Assembly: GCA_052327205.1 (NCBI GenBank)
Contig: CM126209.1
Coordinates: 139,872,001-139,936,000 of the forward strand
Direction: 5' to 3'
DNA: 64,000 nt
Source: Somniosus microcephalus
Taxonomy: Eukaryota
In this document: positions 1-13,276 of the stretch, one piece after another
Numbering within the stretch: the stretch's first letter is position 1
How the letters are laid out: the number at the start of each line of letters is the position of its first letter
Notes under the pieces: generated by a model
What the model was told of the DNA's origin: nothing
The model's database searches: none
Seen by the model: only the letters and a program-made list of their open reading frames with translations
Made by a program: the position numbers and the translations under genes

Positions 1-184
1 AACTACCAAAGACACATATTGAAGCCCAATTTTGAATTTCAAAGGGCATGAGAGGTTTGACTCAAGGAGTGTGTTCCCCAGCTCTTTTGAGCCCATTGTG
101 ATAGAGGCTGGACACTCCGTACTGGTAGACACTACCTCATATACAGTTTATGTTATGGCAGTGGTCGAGTTTTTATATTATTAA

Positions 185-1449
185 GAACAGCAACAACTTG
201 TATTTATATAGTGCCTTTAATGTAGTAAAACATCCCAAGGCGCTTCACAGGAGTGTTAAAAGACAAGAAATTTGGCACCGAGCCACATAAGGAGAAATTA
301 GGGCAGGTGACCAAAAGCTTGGTCAAAAATGTAGGTTTTAAGGAGCATCTTAAAGGGGGAAAGAGGCAGACAGGTTTAGGCAGGGAATTCCAGAACTTAG
401 GGCCTAGGCAACAGAAGGCACGGCCACCAAAGGTTGAGCGATTATAATCAGGGATCCTCAAGAGGGCAGAATTAGAGGAGTGCAGATATCTTGGCCGATT
501 GTGGGGCTGAAGGAGATTACAGAGATAGGAAGGGGTGAGGCCATGGAGGGATTTGAAAACAAGGATGAGAATTTTGAAATCGAGACGTTGCTTAACCGGG
601 AGCCAGTGTAGGTCAGCGAGCACAGGGGTGATGGATGAACGGGACTTGGTGCAAGTTAGGACACGGGCAGCCGAGTTTTGGATCACCTCAAGTTTACGTA
701 GAGTAGAATATGGGAGGCCAGCCAGGAGTGCGTTGCAATAGTCAAGTCTAGAGGTAAAAAAGGCATGGATGAGGGTTTCAGCAGCGGATGAGCTAAGGTA
801 AGGGCGGAGACGGGCGATGTTATGGAGGTAGAAATAGGCAGTCTTAGTTATGCTGCGGATATATGATCGGAAGCTCATTTCAGGGTCAAATATGACACCA
901 AGGTTGCGAACAGTGTGGTTCAGCCTCAGACAGATGTTAGAGAGGGTGATGGAGTCAGTGGCTTGGGAACGGAGTTTGTGGCGGGGACTGAAAACAATGG
1001 CTTCGGTCTTCCCAATATTTAATTGAGAAAATTTCTGCTCATCCAGAACTGGATGTCGAACGAGCCGTCTGACAATTTAGAGACCATGAAGAGGTCGAGA
1101 GAAGTGGTGGTGAGGTAGAGCTGGGTGTCGTTAGCGTACATGTGGAAACTGACGCTGTGTTTTTGGGTGATGTCGCCAAGGGGCAGCATGTGGATGAGAA
1201 ATAGGAGGGGGCCAAGCATAGATCCTTGGGGGACACCAGAAGTAACGTTGTGGGAGTGGGAAGAGAAGCCGTTGCAGGTGATTCTCTGGCTACAATTAGA
1301 TAGATAAGAATGGAACCAGGCGAGTGCAGTCCCACCCAGCTGGACGATGGTGGAGCGGCGTTGGAGAAGGATGGAGTGGTCAACCGTGTCAAAGGCTGCA
1401 GACAAGTCAAAAAGGACGAGGAGGGATAGTTTATCTTTGTCACAGTCAC
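185..1449 (-). mobile_element. L2-clade LINE, 5'-truncated 3' part (RT to 3' tail), decayed
   Basis: ORF 1019-1405 has SAAFDTVDH, SGVPQGS and a degenerate YADD (YAND). ORF 204-878 has LHNIARLRP...TSRLDYCNALL...LHWLPV, typical of the L2 ORF2 C-terminus. L2-type 3' tail near 185-250. Confidence 0.9.
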
Positions 1450-1859
1450 AAGAGCGTTAAATAATGTTACAGCTTGTATTTTGTATCTCTGAGGAGGTGT
1501 AAGTTAAACATTCTGTAATCCAGTGAAACCTGACGTATTGACTTTCCACTACTGTCTACTTTTTACTTTTAATAAACTTGATTCATAGTTTGTAGTTAAG
1601 TCGCACAGTCTGGTGAAGTGTTTATTCTTCCACTATCTGAAGACTAGGAGAACACAAGAGTGCTTGTGTCAATTCATAAGCTAACTACAGTAACAAGGGT
1701 TATGTTTGACCACTGGTTGATGGTATATTACCATGTTACCAGTTATTGTGCATATAAAGTCAACCCTAGTCTGTAGGGAGCAAAGGCTGACTTACAGGAG
1801 TGGTGTTTTCCACTAAGCATGAGAGAAATATCTCCAACACCACCACTTCCACTCTGCAG

Positions 1860-2490
1860 TAACAACAACTTAGATTTATATTGCGCCTTTAACGTAGAAA
1901 AATGTCCCAAGGCGCTTCACAGGCATAATGAGACTCTGAGATAAAGGAGGAGATTTTACGATGACCAAAAACTTAGTCAAAGAGGTGGTTTTAAGGAGCA
2001 CCTTAAAGGAGGCGAGGGAGGTGGAGAAGCAGAAAGGGTTTAGGGAGGGAATTCCAGAGTGTGAGGCCTAGGCCGTCTTTCGGATGAGACGTTAAACCGA
2101 GGCCCCGTCTGCTCTCAGGTGGATGTAAAAGATCCCATGGCACTATTTCGAAGAAGAGCAGAGGAGCTCTCCCCGGTGTCCTGGCCAATATTTATCCCTC
2201 AACCAACATAACAAAAACAGATTATCCGGTCATTATTACATTGCTGTTTGTGGGACCTTGCTGTGCGCAATGTGGCTGCCGTGTTTCACACATTACAAAA
2301 GTGACTCTACTTCAAAAGTACTTCATTGGCTGTAAAGTGCTTTGAGATGTCCGGTGGTCGTGAAAGGCGCTATATAAATGTAAGTCTTTCTTCTTTCTTT
2401 CTAGGCATCTGAAGGCACGGCCACCAATGTTGGGGTGAAGAGAGGAAGGTTTGCACAAGAGGGTAGAGTCAGAAGAACAGAGTGTTTGGG
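1860..2490 (-). mobile_element. L2 3' fragment interrupted by a SINE
   Basis: Same 3' sequence as 185-480. Split at gaggcctagg|...|ctaggcatctgaaggcacggccacca. Confidence 0.75.
2071..2400 (+). mobile_element. Deu-domain SINE (SacSINE1/AmnSINE1-like), 5'-truncated
   Basis: Deu core gccgtctttcggatgagacgttaaaccgaggccccgtctg...gatcccatggcactattt, an L2-like tail aaggcgctatataaat(g)taagt plus (cttt)n, and a ctagg duplication at both ends. Confidence 0.8.
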
Positions 2491-2715
2491 GAAGCTCTTC
2501 TATTTGCTAATGTCTTCTCTTCCATCTCCAACACCAACATTCCCACATTTTTAAAAAATATATATTTTTCCCCCTTTTCTCCCCTCATCTCCTGAAGGCA
2601 TTGACCCTTGCTGGTGTACAATTCCACAGCTGTCAGTAGGGCTTCGAGTGCCTCAACTAAGTAGACATTTTTCATGTGTGAGCCTAAACAGTGAACACTC
2701 AATGGGCTATTTGAT

Positions 2716-3450
2716 CCAGTGTGCCAGTGCAGCCTTCGGTCGCCTGAGGAAGAGAGTGTTTGAAGACCAGGACCTCAAACCCGGCACCAAGCTCATGATC
2801 TACAGAGCAGTAGTAATACCTGCCCTCCTGTATGCCTCAGAGACATGAACCATGTACAGCAGGCACCTCAAAGCACTGGAGAGGTACCACCAACGCTGCC
2901 TCCGCAAGATCCTGCAAATCCATTGGCAGGATAGGTGCACCAACGTCAGTGTTCTCGCTCATGCCAACATCCCCAGCATCGAAGCTTTGACCACGCTCGA
3001 TCAGCTCCGATGGACGGGTCACATCATTCGCATGCCCGATACCAGACTCCCAAAACAAGTGCTCTACTCGGAGCTCCATAGCGGCAAGAGAGCCCCAGGT
3101 GGGCAGAGGAAACGCTTCAAGGACACCCTCAAAGCCTCCTTGAAAAAGTGCAACATCCCCACCGACACCTGGGAATCCCTAGCCCAAGACCGTACAAAGT
3201 GGAGGAGAAGCATCCGGGAAGGCGCCGATACCTCGAGTCTCTTCGCCGGGAGCAAGCGGAAGCCAAGCACAAACAGCGGAAGGAGCACACGTCAACCCAA
3301 GCACCCCACCCACCCGCCCCTTCAACCACCGTCTGCCCCACCTGTGACAGAGACTGTAGGTCCCGCATTGGACTCATCAGCCACCTGAGAACTCATTTTT
3401 AATGTGGAAGCAAGTCATCCTCGGTTCCGAGGGACTGCCTAAGAAGAAGA
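2716..3450 (+). mobile_element. RTE-clade LINE 3' fragment
   Basis: Peptides HQRCLRKILQIHWQDR, QLRWTGHIIRMPDTRLPK and GGQRKRFKD. C-terminal C2H2 finger CPTCDRDCRSRIGLISHLRTH in another frame. (aag)n tail. 7-bp TSD atttgat at 2709-2715 and 3450-3456. Confidence 0.9.
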
Positions 3451-3964
3451 TTTGATTCTGGACAGCATCACAGCAAGTCCTATCCAGTCCTCACCTTACA
3501 TGCAGGTACTTTTCAGCAGGGTCACTGGATAAGAATGAGGAGTGGGAATTCAAGCTAATTTCCCCCCTCCCTAGCCCAGAGATGCTGAAATCAATTGCAG
3601 CACCCTCTTCTACTCCAACTGAGATCAGCTAACTTACCATAAACCAAGGAGGTGATTCCCATTTTCTAATACCATCCCTTCCTTCACCAACGCTGCCTTT
3701 CCCACTGTCCACTACCATCTCTCATCATTCAACATTGGCATTCCCACTTACCATCTCCACCACTGTGTCTCCCTCTGACTCAGTGCTGAACAGTCAATTA
3801 TTTTATTAAATTACATCAATATTGTCAATGCCTGTGAAATTAACTAGCAAAATAATACCGATGTATCAATAACATTTCCAATGTATACAGTTCAATTCAG
3901 CTTCCACATCCCGGAGGTGCATCTACACGCTCGGTACCAAAGGGAAGGGGATGGCTGTAATAAA

Positions 3965-6900
3965 GCTTAAATAAAGGAGACTATGAAGGTATGAGAGCAG
4001 AGTTGACTAAAGTGGACTGGGAAAATAGATTAAGGTGTAAGACGGTACATGAGCAGTGGTGTACATTCAAGGAGATATTTCACAACTTTCAAGAAAAATA
4101 TATTCCACTGAGGAAAAAGGGGCGTAAAAGAAAAGACAGCCATCCGTGGCTAAGTAAATAAAGGATAGTATCCGACTGAAAACAAGGGCATATAAAGTAG
4201 CCAAATCTAGTGGGAGGATAGAAGATTGGGAAGCATTTAAAAGCCAGCAAAGAATAACTAAAAGATTAATTAAGAAAGGGAAGCTAGATTATGAAAGTAA
4301 ACTAGCAAAAAATATAAAAACAGATAGCAAGGGTTTCTACAGTTATATAAAAAGAAAAAGAGTGGCTAAAGTGAATGTTGGTCCCTTAGAGGACGAGACC
4401 GGGAAATTAGTGGTGGGGAACATGGAGATGGCAGAAACGCTGAACAAATATTTTGTATCAGTCTTTACAGTAGAGGACACTAAAAATATCCCAACACTGG
4501 ACAAACAGGGGGCTATAGGGGGGGAGGAGCTAAACACGATTAAAATCACTAAGGAGATGGTACTCGGTAAGATAATGGGACTTAAGGCGGATAAATCCCC
4601 TGGACCTGATGGCTTACATCCTAGGGTCTTGAGAGAAGTAGCGGTAGGGATTGCGGATGCATTGGTGGTAATTTTCCAAAACTCCCTGGATTCAGGAAAG
4701 GTCCCAGCAGATTGGAAAACTGCTAATGTAATGCCCCTATTTAAAAAGGGAGGTAGACAAAAGGCTGGAAACTATAGACCAGTTAGCCTAACATCTGTGG
4801 TTGGTAAAATGTTGGAGTCCATTATTAAGGAAGCAGTAACAGGACATTTGGATAAGCATAATTTAATCGGACAGAGTCAGCATGGTTTTATGAAGGGGAA
4901 GTCATGTTTGACAAATGTGCTTGAATTCTTTGAGGATGTAACAAACAGGGTGGATAAAGGGGAACCAGTGGATGTGGTGTATTTGGACTTCCAAAAGGCA
5001 TTTGACAAGGTGCCACACAAAAGATTACTGCACAAGATTTAAAAAATCACGGGATTGGGGGCAATATACTGGCATGGGTGGAAGATTGGCTATCTAACAG
5101 AAAACAGAGAGTTGGGATAAATGGTGCGTTCTCGGGCTGGCAATCAATAACTAGTGGTGTTCCGCAGGGGTCAGTTCTGGGACCCTAACTCTTTACAATG
5201 TATATTAACGATTTGGAGGAGGGGACCAAGTGCAACATATCCAAGTTTGCCGACGATACAAAGATGGGAGGGAAAGCAGTGAGTGAGGAGGACATAAAAA
5301 ACCTGCAAAAGGACATAGATAGGCTAAGTGAGTGGGCAGAAATTTGGCAGATGGAATATAATGTTGGAAAGTGTGAGGTTATGCACTTTGGCAGAAAAAA
5401 TCAAAGAGCAAGTTATTATCTAAATGGAGAGAAACTGCAAAGTGCTACAGTACAAAGGGATCTGGGGGTCCTGGTGCATGAAACACAGAAGGTTAGTATG
5501 CAGGTACAGCAGCTGATCAGGAAGGCCAATGGAATCTTGGCTTTTATTGCAAGGGGGATGGAGTATAAAAGCAGGGAAGTCTTGCTTCAGTTATACAGGG
5601 TACCGGTGAGGCCACACCTGGAATGTTGCGTACAGTTTTGGTTTCCATATTTAAGAAAAGATATACTTGCTCTCGAGGCAGTTCAGAGAAGGTTCACTCG
5701 GTTGATTCCGGAGATGAGGGGGTTGACTTATGAGGAAAGGTTGAGTAGGTTGGGCCTCGACTCATTGGAGTTCAGAAGAATGAGAGGCGATCTTATCGAA
5801 ACATATAAGATTGTGAGGGGGCTTGATCGGGTGGATGCGGGGAGGATGTTTCCACTGATGGGTGAGACTAGAACTAGGGGGCATAATCTTAGAATAAGGG
5901 GCTGCTGTTTCAAAACTGAAATGAGGAGAAACTTCTTCACTCAGAGGGTAGTAAATCTATGGAATTTGCTACCCCAGAGAGCTGTGGAAGCTGCAACATT
6001 AAATAAATTTAAAACGGAGATAGACAGTTTCCTAGCTGATAAGGGAATTAGAGGTTACGGGGAGAGGGCAGGGAAGTGGATGTGAGTCTAGGTTCGGATC
6101 AGCCATTTTTTTTAAATTCATTGATGGGATGTGGGCGTCGCTGGCTAGGCCTGCATTTAGTGCCCATCCCTAATTGCCCTTGAGAAGATGGTGGTGAGCC
6201 GCCTTCTTGAACCGCTGCAGTCCATATGATGTAGGTACACCCACAATGCTGTTAGGAAGGGAGTTCCAGGATTTTGGCCCAACGACAGTGAAGGAACGGC
6301 GATACAGGTCCAAGGATGGTGTGTGGCTTGGAGGGGAACTTGTAGGTGATGATGTTCCCATGCGTCTGCTGCCCTTGTCCTTCTAAGTGGTAGAGGTCGC
6401 GGGTTTGGAAGGTGCTGTTAAAGGAGCTTTGGTGAGTTGCTGCAGTGCATCTTGTAGATGGTACACACTGCAGCCACAGTGCGCCGGTGGTGGAGGGAGT
6501 GAATGTTGAAGGTGGTGGATGGAGTGCCAATCAAGCGGGCTGCTTTATCCTGAATGGTGTCGAGCTTCTTGAGTGTTGTTGGAGCTGCACTCATCCAGGC
6601 AAGTGGAGAGTATTCCATCACACTCCTGACTTGTGCCTTGTAGATGGTGGAAAGGCTTTGGGGAGTCAGGAGGTGAGACACTCGCCACAGAATTCCCAGC
6701 CTCTGGCCTGCTCTTGTAGTCACAGTATTTATATGGCTGGTCCAGTTCAGTTTCTGATCAATGGTAACCCCCCAGGATGTTGATAGTGGGTGGATTCAGC
6801 GATGGTAATGCCATTGAATGTCATGGGGAGATGGTTAGAGTCTCGCTTGTTGGAGATGGTCATTGCCTGGCACTTGTGTGGTGCGAATGTTACTTGCCAC

Positions 6901-7005
6901 TTGTCAGCCCAAGTCTGAATGTTGTCCATGATCCTATTGAATGGCGGAGCAGACCCGAGGGGCCGTATGGCCTACTCCTGCTCCTACTTCTTATGTTCTT
7001 ATGTC
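3965..7005 (+). mobile_element. CR1 LINE, 5'-truncated ORF2 (RT) plus 3' UTR, frameshifted, interrupted at 6107-6925
   Basis: ORFs 4362-5042 ([33 protein letters not shown]) and 5198-6085 (SKFADDTK, RPHLE, SLEFRRMRGDLIE). 3' hairpin and (cttatgtt)n tail at ~6940-7005. Confidence 0.95.
6107..6925 (-). mobile_element. Second CR1/L2-group LINE family, 3' fragment nested in the CR1 3' UTR
   Basis: ORFs 6747-6929 (WADKWQVTFAPHKC) and 6418-6723 (IYKAQVRSVMEYSPLAW). Poly-A-like end at 6107. ccat repeated at both junctions. Confidence 0.85.
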
Positions 7006-8070
7006 CTTGCATCGGTATGTCAATGCTCATTATATTTCAGTTTGCCCCTCCCGGCACCAAACGTTATGAGGAGGGTCAGGAAATGACAGACCCATTTATT
7101 CAGTGGCAGGGGTTCTGGGTTCCAATTGACTGAAGTCAGACTTTCATTTCCCCCCTCTATTTTGCCCCCTATTCTCTTTTCCTCACTGAAGGTCCTAATC
7201 CATGGTGGGCTATAATAGTTCCGTGCACCCCATCAGCTTCCTCAGTACTTCCAGTAACTCCACCCATCTTAATTTCACAGCCAGTGAGTATAAGCGAGCC
7301 ATTCAACCATGGTGAGCACACCGCAACCGAACCCATCCTCATCCTTACCCACCCAGGTGCACTTTCCAGAAGCAGGGACCCAGCTGATGTTACCCCTCTT
7401 GTCCAAGGGACATTCATTGCAATTGTAGTAACCCTGCACAGAACAGACCAGGGACAGAACCTGAGACCTTCTTTATCAATCTAGTTCAGCATCACAACTT
7501 GCAATGCGTTTAGTTGAACAGAATTATAAGGGAATCAAGAGCATAATATGTATCATCATACAGCTTTCTAAATCCAGAAATTTCAGTAAAAACGAGAATA
7601 CCTTAGGTCAATCTCTCTGTAAAAGGATTTTTTTTTTTAATGAATCGTATCAGTAAGAAGGTCCCAAGATCAATTCTCAGTCAGTGCTGAGGTAATTGAT
7701 TATAGCCAAAGCAGTAATTGGACACTAGATTTAGCCTCAGCGTACCTAAGCTAGGGAGGTGAGTGAATTATCCAGGCCTTTCGCTCCTGACTTCTACTCA
7801 CAGATGCCTTGTGGAAAGGGCCCCTGTGTAAACACTGGGTGAAAACAGGGTTGGCATCAGCTGTGATGCTATCTCTGGTAGAATAGCCAGCTGACAGTCA
7901 TTGCCATAAAGAATGAATGGCCAGTTTGACAAAGTATTACAAAGCTGCTAGTGCCTATGGAATCAAAGCAACGGTCGGCATCTTCAAAAAATGGGACGTT
8001 GAAAGCTTATTGATTTACTCGTTCCCTGTCCAGCGTGTTATTCACCTTTTTTCCAGTGCATTGACAATGG

Positions 8071-8125
8071 CGCAATGCTTCCAGCAGAGGGCGCTGGCCA
8101 GCGGAGCTCGCAATCTGATTGGTGA
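8071..8125 (+). promoter_or_regulatory. CTCF site plus inverted CCAAT box in a locally CpG-enriched promoter-like region
   Basis: CCAGCAGAGGGCGC at 8081-8094 matches the CTCF core CCASYAGRKGGCRS and is preceded by GCAATG (upstream-motif-like). CTGATTGG at ~8115-8122. Confidence 0.55.
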
Positions 8126-8496
8126 AAAGTTTAGAGCCGCTATGAAAGTTCTGTGAAAGTTTGAGCTGAGCGGGTTGAAGCTCGTCTAACAGTGTGTCCG
8201 GCACCGTCAACCTGACGGGGTGAATCGTACCGGTTTGCAATCTCAGGGACAGAACCCCATGTATATATAGAAAATAAAATCAGCCATGACTGGTGCCAAG
8301 TGAATCTTTTAAATTTGGGACACTTTATGGGACCTTCCAAGGGATGTGAACGCCTAGGGATCTTACTGTGACATTTAAGTAGTTCTCCTGGGGGTTTTTT
8401 TCCCAACAGATTCTGGAAATTATTAAGCCAATTTATAAAATATACATTTACTGAAGCTTGCAAACGCTAGAGACTTTTTTTTAACATTTGTTTTAG

Positions 8497-8607
8497 TATT
8501 GGAGTCTTGCTTGTAACCTTTGGACCAGGGCGGCGATGGTTTGTTTTATTGCAAGAGTGAAAGTTTTATGGAAAACCGTTTGAACTGGTGGATGCAGACA
8601 CTGTGGG
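8497..8607 (+). other. Probable 5' (UTR/uORF) exon of an unidentified gene
   Basis: Acceptor tttttttaacatttgttttag| and donor |gtaagt. 111 nt with stops in all three frames. ATGs at 8536, 8568 and 8592. Confidence 0.45.
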
Positions 8608-8659
8608 GTAAGTTGTTTTTTAAAAAGATAATTGGTGTGTTAACGGTTTGTTTTAAGGG

Positions 8660-9040
8660 AAAGAGTGTGTGAGAGAGAGAGAAACAGATGGACAGACAGA
8701 CACAGTGAGAGTAGATCGAACTGGAGAGTCAGATAAACAGACAAAAATCAAGGGGAGAGTGAGAAAGAGAATAAAACGAATGCAGGGAGAGGATGAGACA
8801 GAAGATGAGTGAGAATAGTAAGGAGGTAAAACGGGGAAACATAGAGGCAGAAACAGAGAGGGGACACCAGAGGCAGAGAAAGAAGCAAAAAGGGGAAGAG
8901 GATGAACACAGAGACCAAGAGGGTGAGAGAAACAGATTAACAGAAATGAGAGAGATAGACAGAAAGAATGTGAAATAGGAATGAAAGAAGAACAGGGGGA
9001 GAGAAAGAAATAAAGTGACAGAGAAGGAGCCACAGAGCAG
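8660..9040. repeat. GA-rich low-complexity polypurine tract
   Basis: Degenerate (GA)n/(GAAA)n sequence. Confidence 0.8.
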
Positions 9041-9557
9041 GGGGACTATCAGGAGTTGAGGTTCTGTTCTCCAAGGTCCTCGGTACCTCCTGGATAATGT
9101 ACATTTAGTTCAGCTGGGTACAATCCAGTAAAAAGGAGATCCTTTACTCCATGCCCTGGGAGTGGAAAGATCTAAACTCTCCAACAAAAAGTCACTATAC
9201 TTGCAAAGTGATTTTAAAAAAGCAATTGAAATAATGCTGAACAAACACTGGCCTGCTTGTTCCTGATTTCATTAATATCAGCAGCCGTCATTAGCTGTAA
9301 TTTTAATTTCTGCACTCCAGCTCTTGCTGTTCAACGTGTCTGTAAAACAAAACCATCCAGACTTTATTTTCTTTTCTTTCTATTTGGTTAGGCACCAATA
9401 TTAATGTTTAGAAAAATATATTGGAAATCTAAGAAGTAGAGTTTCTATAAAGCTGCCTTTCAGAGTGAATCTAAGAGTTTTCCAGTGAGGCATAGGCTAT
9501 AGGGAGAATGTCAATAAATCACTGTTATATGAGAACGTTACATTATTATGGTATATA

Positions 9558-10670
9558 AGAGAGTGTTACACTGAGTGCTGTGGGGTATATGAGAGAGTGT
9601 TACACTGAGGGCTGTGGGGTATATGAGAGAGTGTTACACTGAGGGCTGTGGGGTATCTGAGAGAGTGTTACACTGAGGGCTGTGGGGTATATGAGAGAGT
9701 GTTACACTGAGGGCTGTGGGGTATATGAGAGAGTGTTACACTGAGGGCTGTGGGGTATATGAGAGGGCGTTACGCTGAGGGCTGTGGGGTATATGAGAGG
9801 GTGTTACACAGCTGTGGGGTATATGAGAGAGTGTTATTGTGAGGGGTGTGGGGTATATGAGAGGGTGTTACACTGAGGGCTGTGGGGTATATGAGGGAGT
9901 GTTACACTGAGGGCTGTGGGGTATATGAGGGAGTGTTACACTGAGGGCTGTGGGGTATATGAGAGAGTGTTACACTGAGGGCTGTGGGGTATATGAGAGT
10001 GTTACACTGAGGGCTGTGGGGTATATGAGAGTGTTACACTGAGGGCTGTGGGGTATATGAGGGAGTGTTACACTGAGGGCTGTGGGGTATATGAGAGAGT
10101 GTTACACTGAGGGCTGTGGGGTATATGAGAGAGTGTTACACTGAGGGCTGTGGGGTATATGAGGGAGTGTTACACTGAGGGCTGTGGGGTATATGAGGGA
10201 GTGTTACACAGGGCTGTGGGATATATGAGAGAGTGTTACACTGAGGGCTGCGAGATATATGAGAGAGTGTTACACTGAGGGCTGTGGGATATATGAGGGA
10301 GTGTTACACTGAGGGCTGTGGGGTATATGAGAGAGTGTTACACTGAGGGCTGTGTGGTATATGAGAGAGTGTTACACTGAGGGCTGTGGGGTATATGAGA
10401 GAATGTTACCGTGAGGGATTTAGGGCATGTAAGGGAGTGTTACTGTGAGGGATATGTGTATAGTATATCAGGGTTCCAGTGAAATTTTAAGGTATATCAG
10501 AGTGTTACAGGAGCAAGTGCAGTGGATGCAAGACTGTTACAGTGAAGCTGTGGGGTACCTGAGAGTGTTACAGTGAAACTGTGGGGTATCTGAGAGTGTT
10601 ACAGTGAAGCTGTGGGGTATCTGAGAGTGTTACAGTGAAGCTGTGGGGTATCTGAGAGTGTTACAGTACA
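9558..10670. repeat. 34-bp minisatellite (GAGAGAGTGTTACACTGAGGGCTGTGGGGTATAT), ~25 copies, followed by degenerate copies and a short 31-bp variant array
   Basis: Direct periodicity, e.g. units start at 9591 and 9625. Variant GAGAGTGTTACAGTGAAGCTGTGGGGTATCT at ~10535-10665. Confidence 0.95.
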
Positions 10671-11377
10671 AGGCATGGTTATGGAATAACAAAGACTTAC
10701 AGTTAGGGGTATGGTTATATTAAAAAATGATAGAGAGGGACATGGGACATATCAGAAGGTTACAGTGAGGGATGCAAAGTATATCAGAGCGGTATAATGT
10801 TTTATATAACATTCTATATATATTACCTAAAGTAACACTAATAATGCTGTGTTTTATAATTAATAAAACTTTGAATATTACATATAATCACACTTTTTAA
10901 CACACTTTGTACATTTTATAGTGCTGTAATATACAATCACACCACTGTAACTTGTATAATATTGTTATTATATAATGACACTGCTGTATATTGAAAATAC
11001 AGCTGTATTATATTTATATATATATATATATATATATAATAGTCACACTGCTCCATATTATGTACAATAACACTTTTCTGCCCCTTGCATTTAGATGACA
11101 GTGTTGTGTTTATCATACAATAAAACACTGCTCTGTGTAATATATAGTAGGATTGCTCTTTGTATTGTATTATATATAATACTGCTCTGTGTATTGTATG
11201 CAGTGGCACGATGTGTAATGTATATAACATTGCTTTGTGTGTTATATACAGTAACTGCCCTGTATTATAGTCACATTGCTGTATATTATATAGTGACTCT
11301 GTTCTGTATTATATAAAATACTGCTCATGTTTTATATACAGTAACACTGCTAAGTTATAGTCAGACTGCTGTGTGTA

Positions 11378-11835
11378 AAGAAAGAAAAACTTGCATTTAT
11401 ATAGCGCCTTTCACAACCTCAGGACATCCCAAAAGGCTTCACAGCCAATGAATTACTTTTAAAGCGCAGTCACTTTTGTAATGTAGGAAATGTGGCAGCC
11501 AATTTGTGCACAGCAAGGTCCCACAAAGAGCAATGAAATAATGACCAGATAATCTGTTTTAGGGATGTTGGTTGAGGGATAAATATTGCCCAGGGCACAG
11601 AGACATCTCCTTGCTCTTCAAATAGTGCCGCGGAATATTTAACATCCACCAGAGAGGGCAGAGGGGGCCTCGGTTTAACATCTCATCTGAAAGACGGCGC
11701 CTCCGACAGTGAAACACTCCCTCAGTACTGCATTGGAGTGTCAGCCTAGATTATGTGCTCAAATCTCTGGAGTGGGACTTGAACCCACAATCTTCTGACA
11801 CAGAGGCGAGTATGCTACCCACTGAGTCAAGGCTG
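11378..11835 (-). mobile_element. Near full-length tRNA-derived Deu-domain SINE
   Basis: On the minus strand: A box TGACTCAGTGG, B box GGTTCAAGTCC, Deu core and L2-like tail. Confidence 0.85.
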
Positions 11836-11842
11836 GTACCTT

Positions 11843-12437
11843 GGTGTAGAGTTTCTGCTTTGGACGCAATTGGCGTTTCAAAATTCAAAACCGTGAAATG
11901 CTTATTTTTTTGTGATAAACCAATTTTCAGCTGTATTAATCAAACTGCACCACATTACTCTTAAATATATCAAGGAATTTTTTTTAAGCAAATTTTTTTA
12001 ATTGCATAAAATTTTAAAACAACCTGATTTTAAATGACTAAAAATGACTTTTAAAAAAAATATACAGAACTATTTTCTAGTTAGTTTGGGGTATAGTAGT
12101 CAGTTCCTTAGTAAATTAAAAAGAAATTACAAAACGTACGTACCTTGTGCCCAAAAGAACCAGCTTAGTTTTTAGAGCCTCCCTGAAGGCCTGCAAACGA
12201 GTGCAATTAGCGGAAACACCCAACGGTGATTAATTCACCCTGGGGGCATGGCCATTTTTGTGGGAGGGACCTGCTTCGAGTGCGATGCTTTTAAAACTAG
12301 CGCAGAAGATCGCGGAAACTCGAGTTGCGCTGAACGCAATTTGCGCTTAAAATTCCGCAATTTTTTATGCTGGTTATGCAGATATCGGGGGAATTGCGCC
12401 GAAAAGACCAGCGCAATCAAACGGAAACCCCAGGCCC
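11843..12437. mobile_element. Probable non-autonomous DNA transposon (Harbinger-like MITE)
   Basis: CpG-rich ends with loosely complementary termini (ggtgtagagtttc.../...ggaaaccccaggccc) and an AT-rich core. It interrupts the AT minisatellite. Confidence 0.4.
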
Positions 12438-13276
12438 TTAAGTGTATTATATATAGTGTCACAGCTCTGTATATATTATATATAATAGCACTGCTCTGTG
12501 TATTGTACACAGTAACACAGCTCTGTGTATAATAGTGATGATGCTCTGTATATTATGCACGGCTTTATTTGTATTATATAATAGAACTATACTATATACA
12601 GTAACACAACCCTATGTATTATACATAGTAACACTGCTCTGTCTATTATAGTAAAACCGCTCTGTGTAAAGAATAACAGAAATAATTTGTAATTATATAT
12701 CGCGTTTTGCCACCTCAGGACATTCCAAAGCATTTCACAGCCAATGAAATACTGCTCTTTAGATATAGGGACACTGCTCTGCATTAAATACAGCAATACT
12801 GCTCTGGGTATTATATATAATATCTGCTGTACATATTATATACAGCAACACCCCTCTTGTATATAACCCTGTGCAGTGTATTATATATAATAATATTATA
12901 TACAGTAACATGGCTCTGTGTATTGTTTTTAATATCACTGTTCTACGTATTATATACAGTAACACGCTCTGGGTATAAATGTGCGATAACTCCCCTTCAC
13001 TGGTTTGATAGAGGCATCCTGCCATGTGACCTGGGCCAGTGCCTGGATTCAGGCATTGTCTTGGCTACAAAGGCCACGAGTCATTATGTTGACGCTGCGC
13101 TGATGTCCACGGTTCTCGTCTGTGCAATTGATGTTTGAGTGTCTGAGCTGCCACCCTCTGATCGAAGCCCACAGAGTGTCTGCTGGAGCCATTCATGGAA
13201 ACCCACATAAGAGAAAGGCAAGAGTATTTGACTAATTCTTTTTCTTCATTTTCTCTAGCCTTGAGCAGTCTGGTTG

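Larger units (their letters stand above)
10800..12980. repeat. Degenerate AT-rich minisatellite (approx. TATTATATACAGTAACACTGCTCTGTG), interrupted by SINE/MITE insertions
   Basis: Recurrent motif at 10800-11375 and 12440-12980. (TA)n at ~11015-11037. Confidence 0.7.

Noticed and set aside
8653-9033. Hydrophobic 126-aa ORF (and the similar 21698-22117)
   Set aside because: Translation of CT/GA low-complexity sequence.
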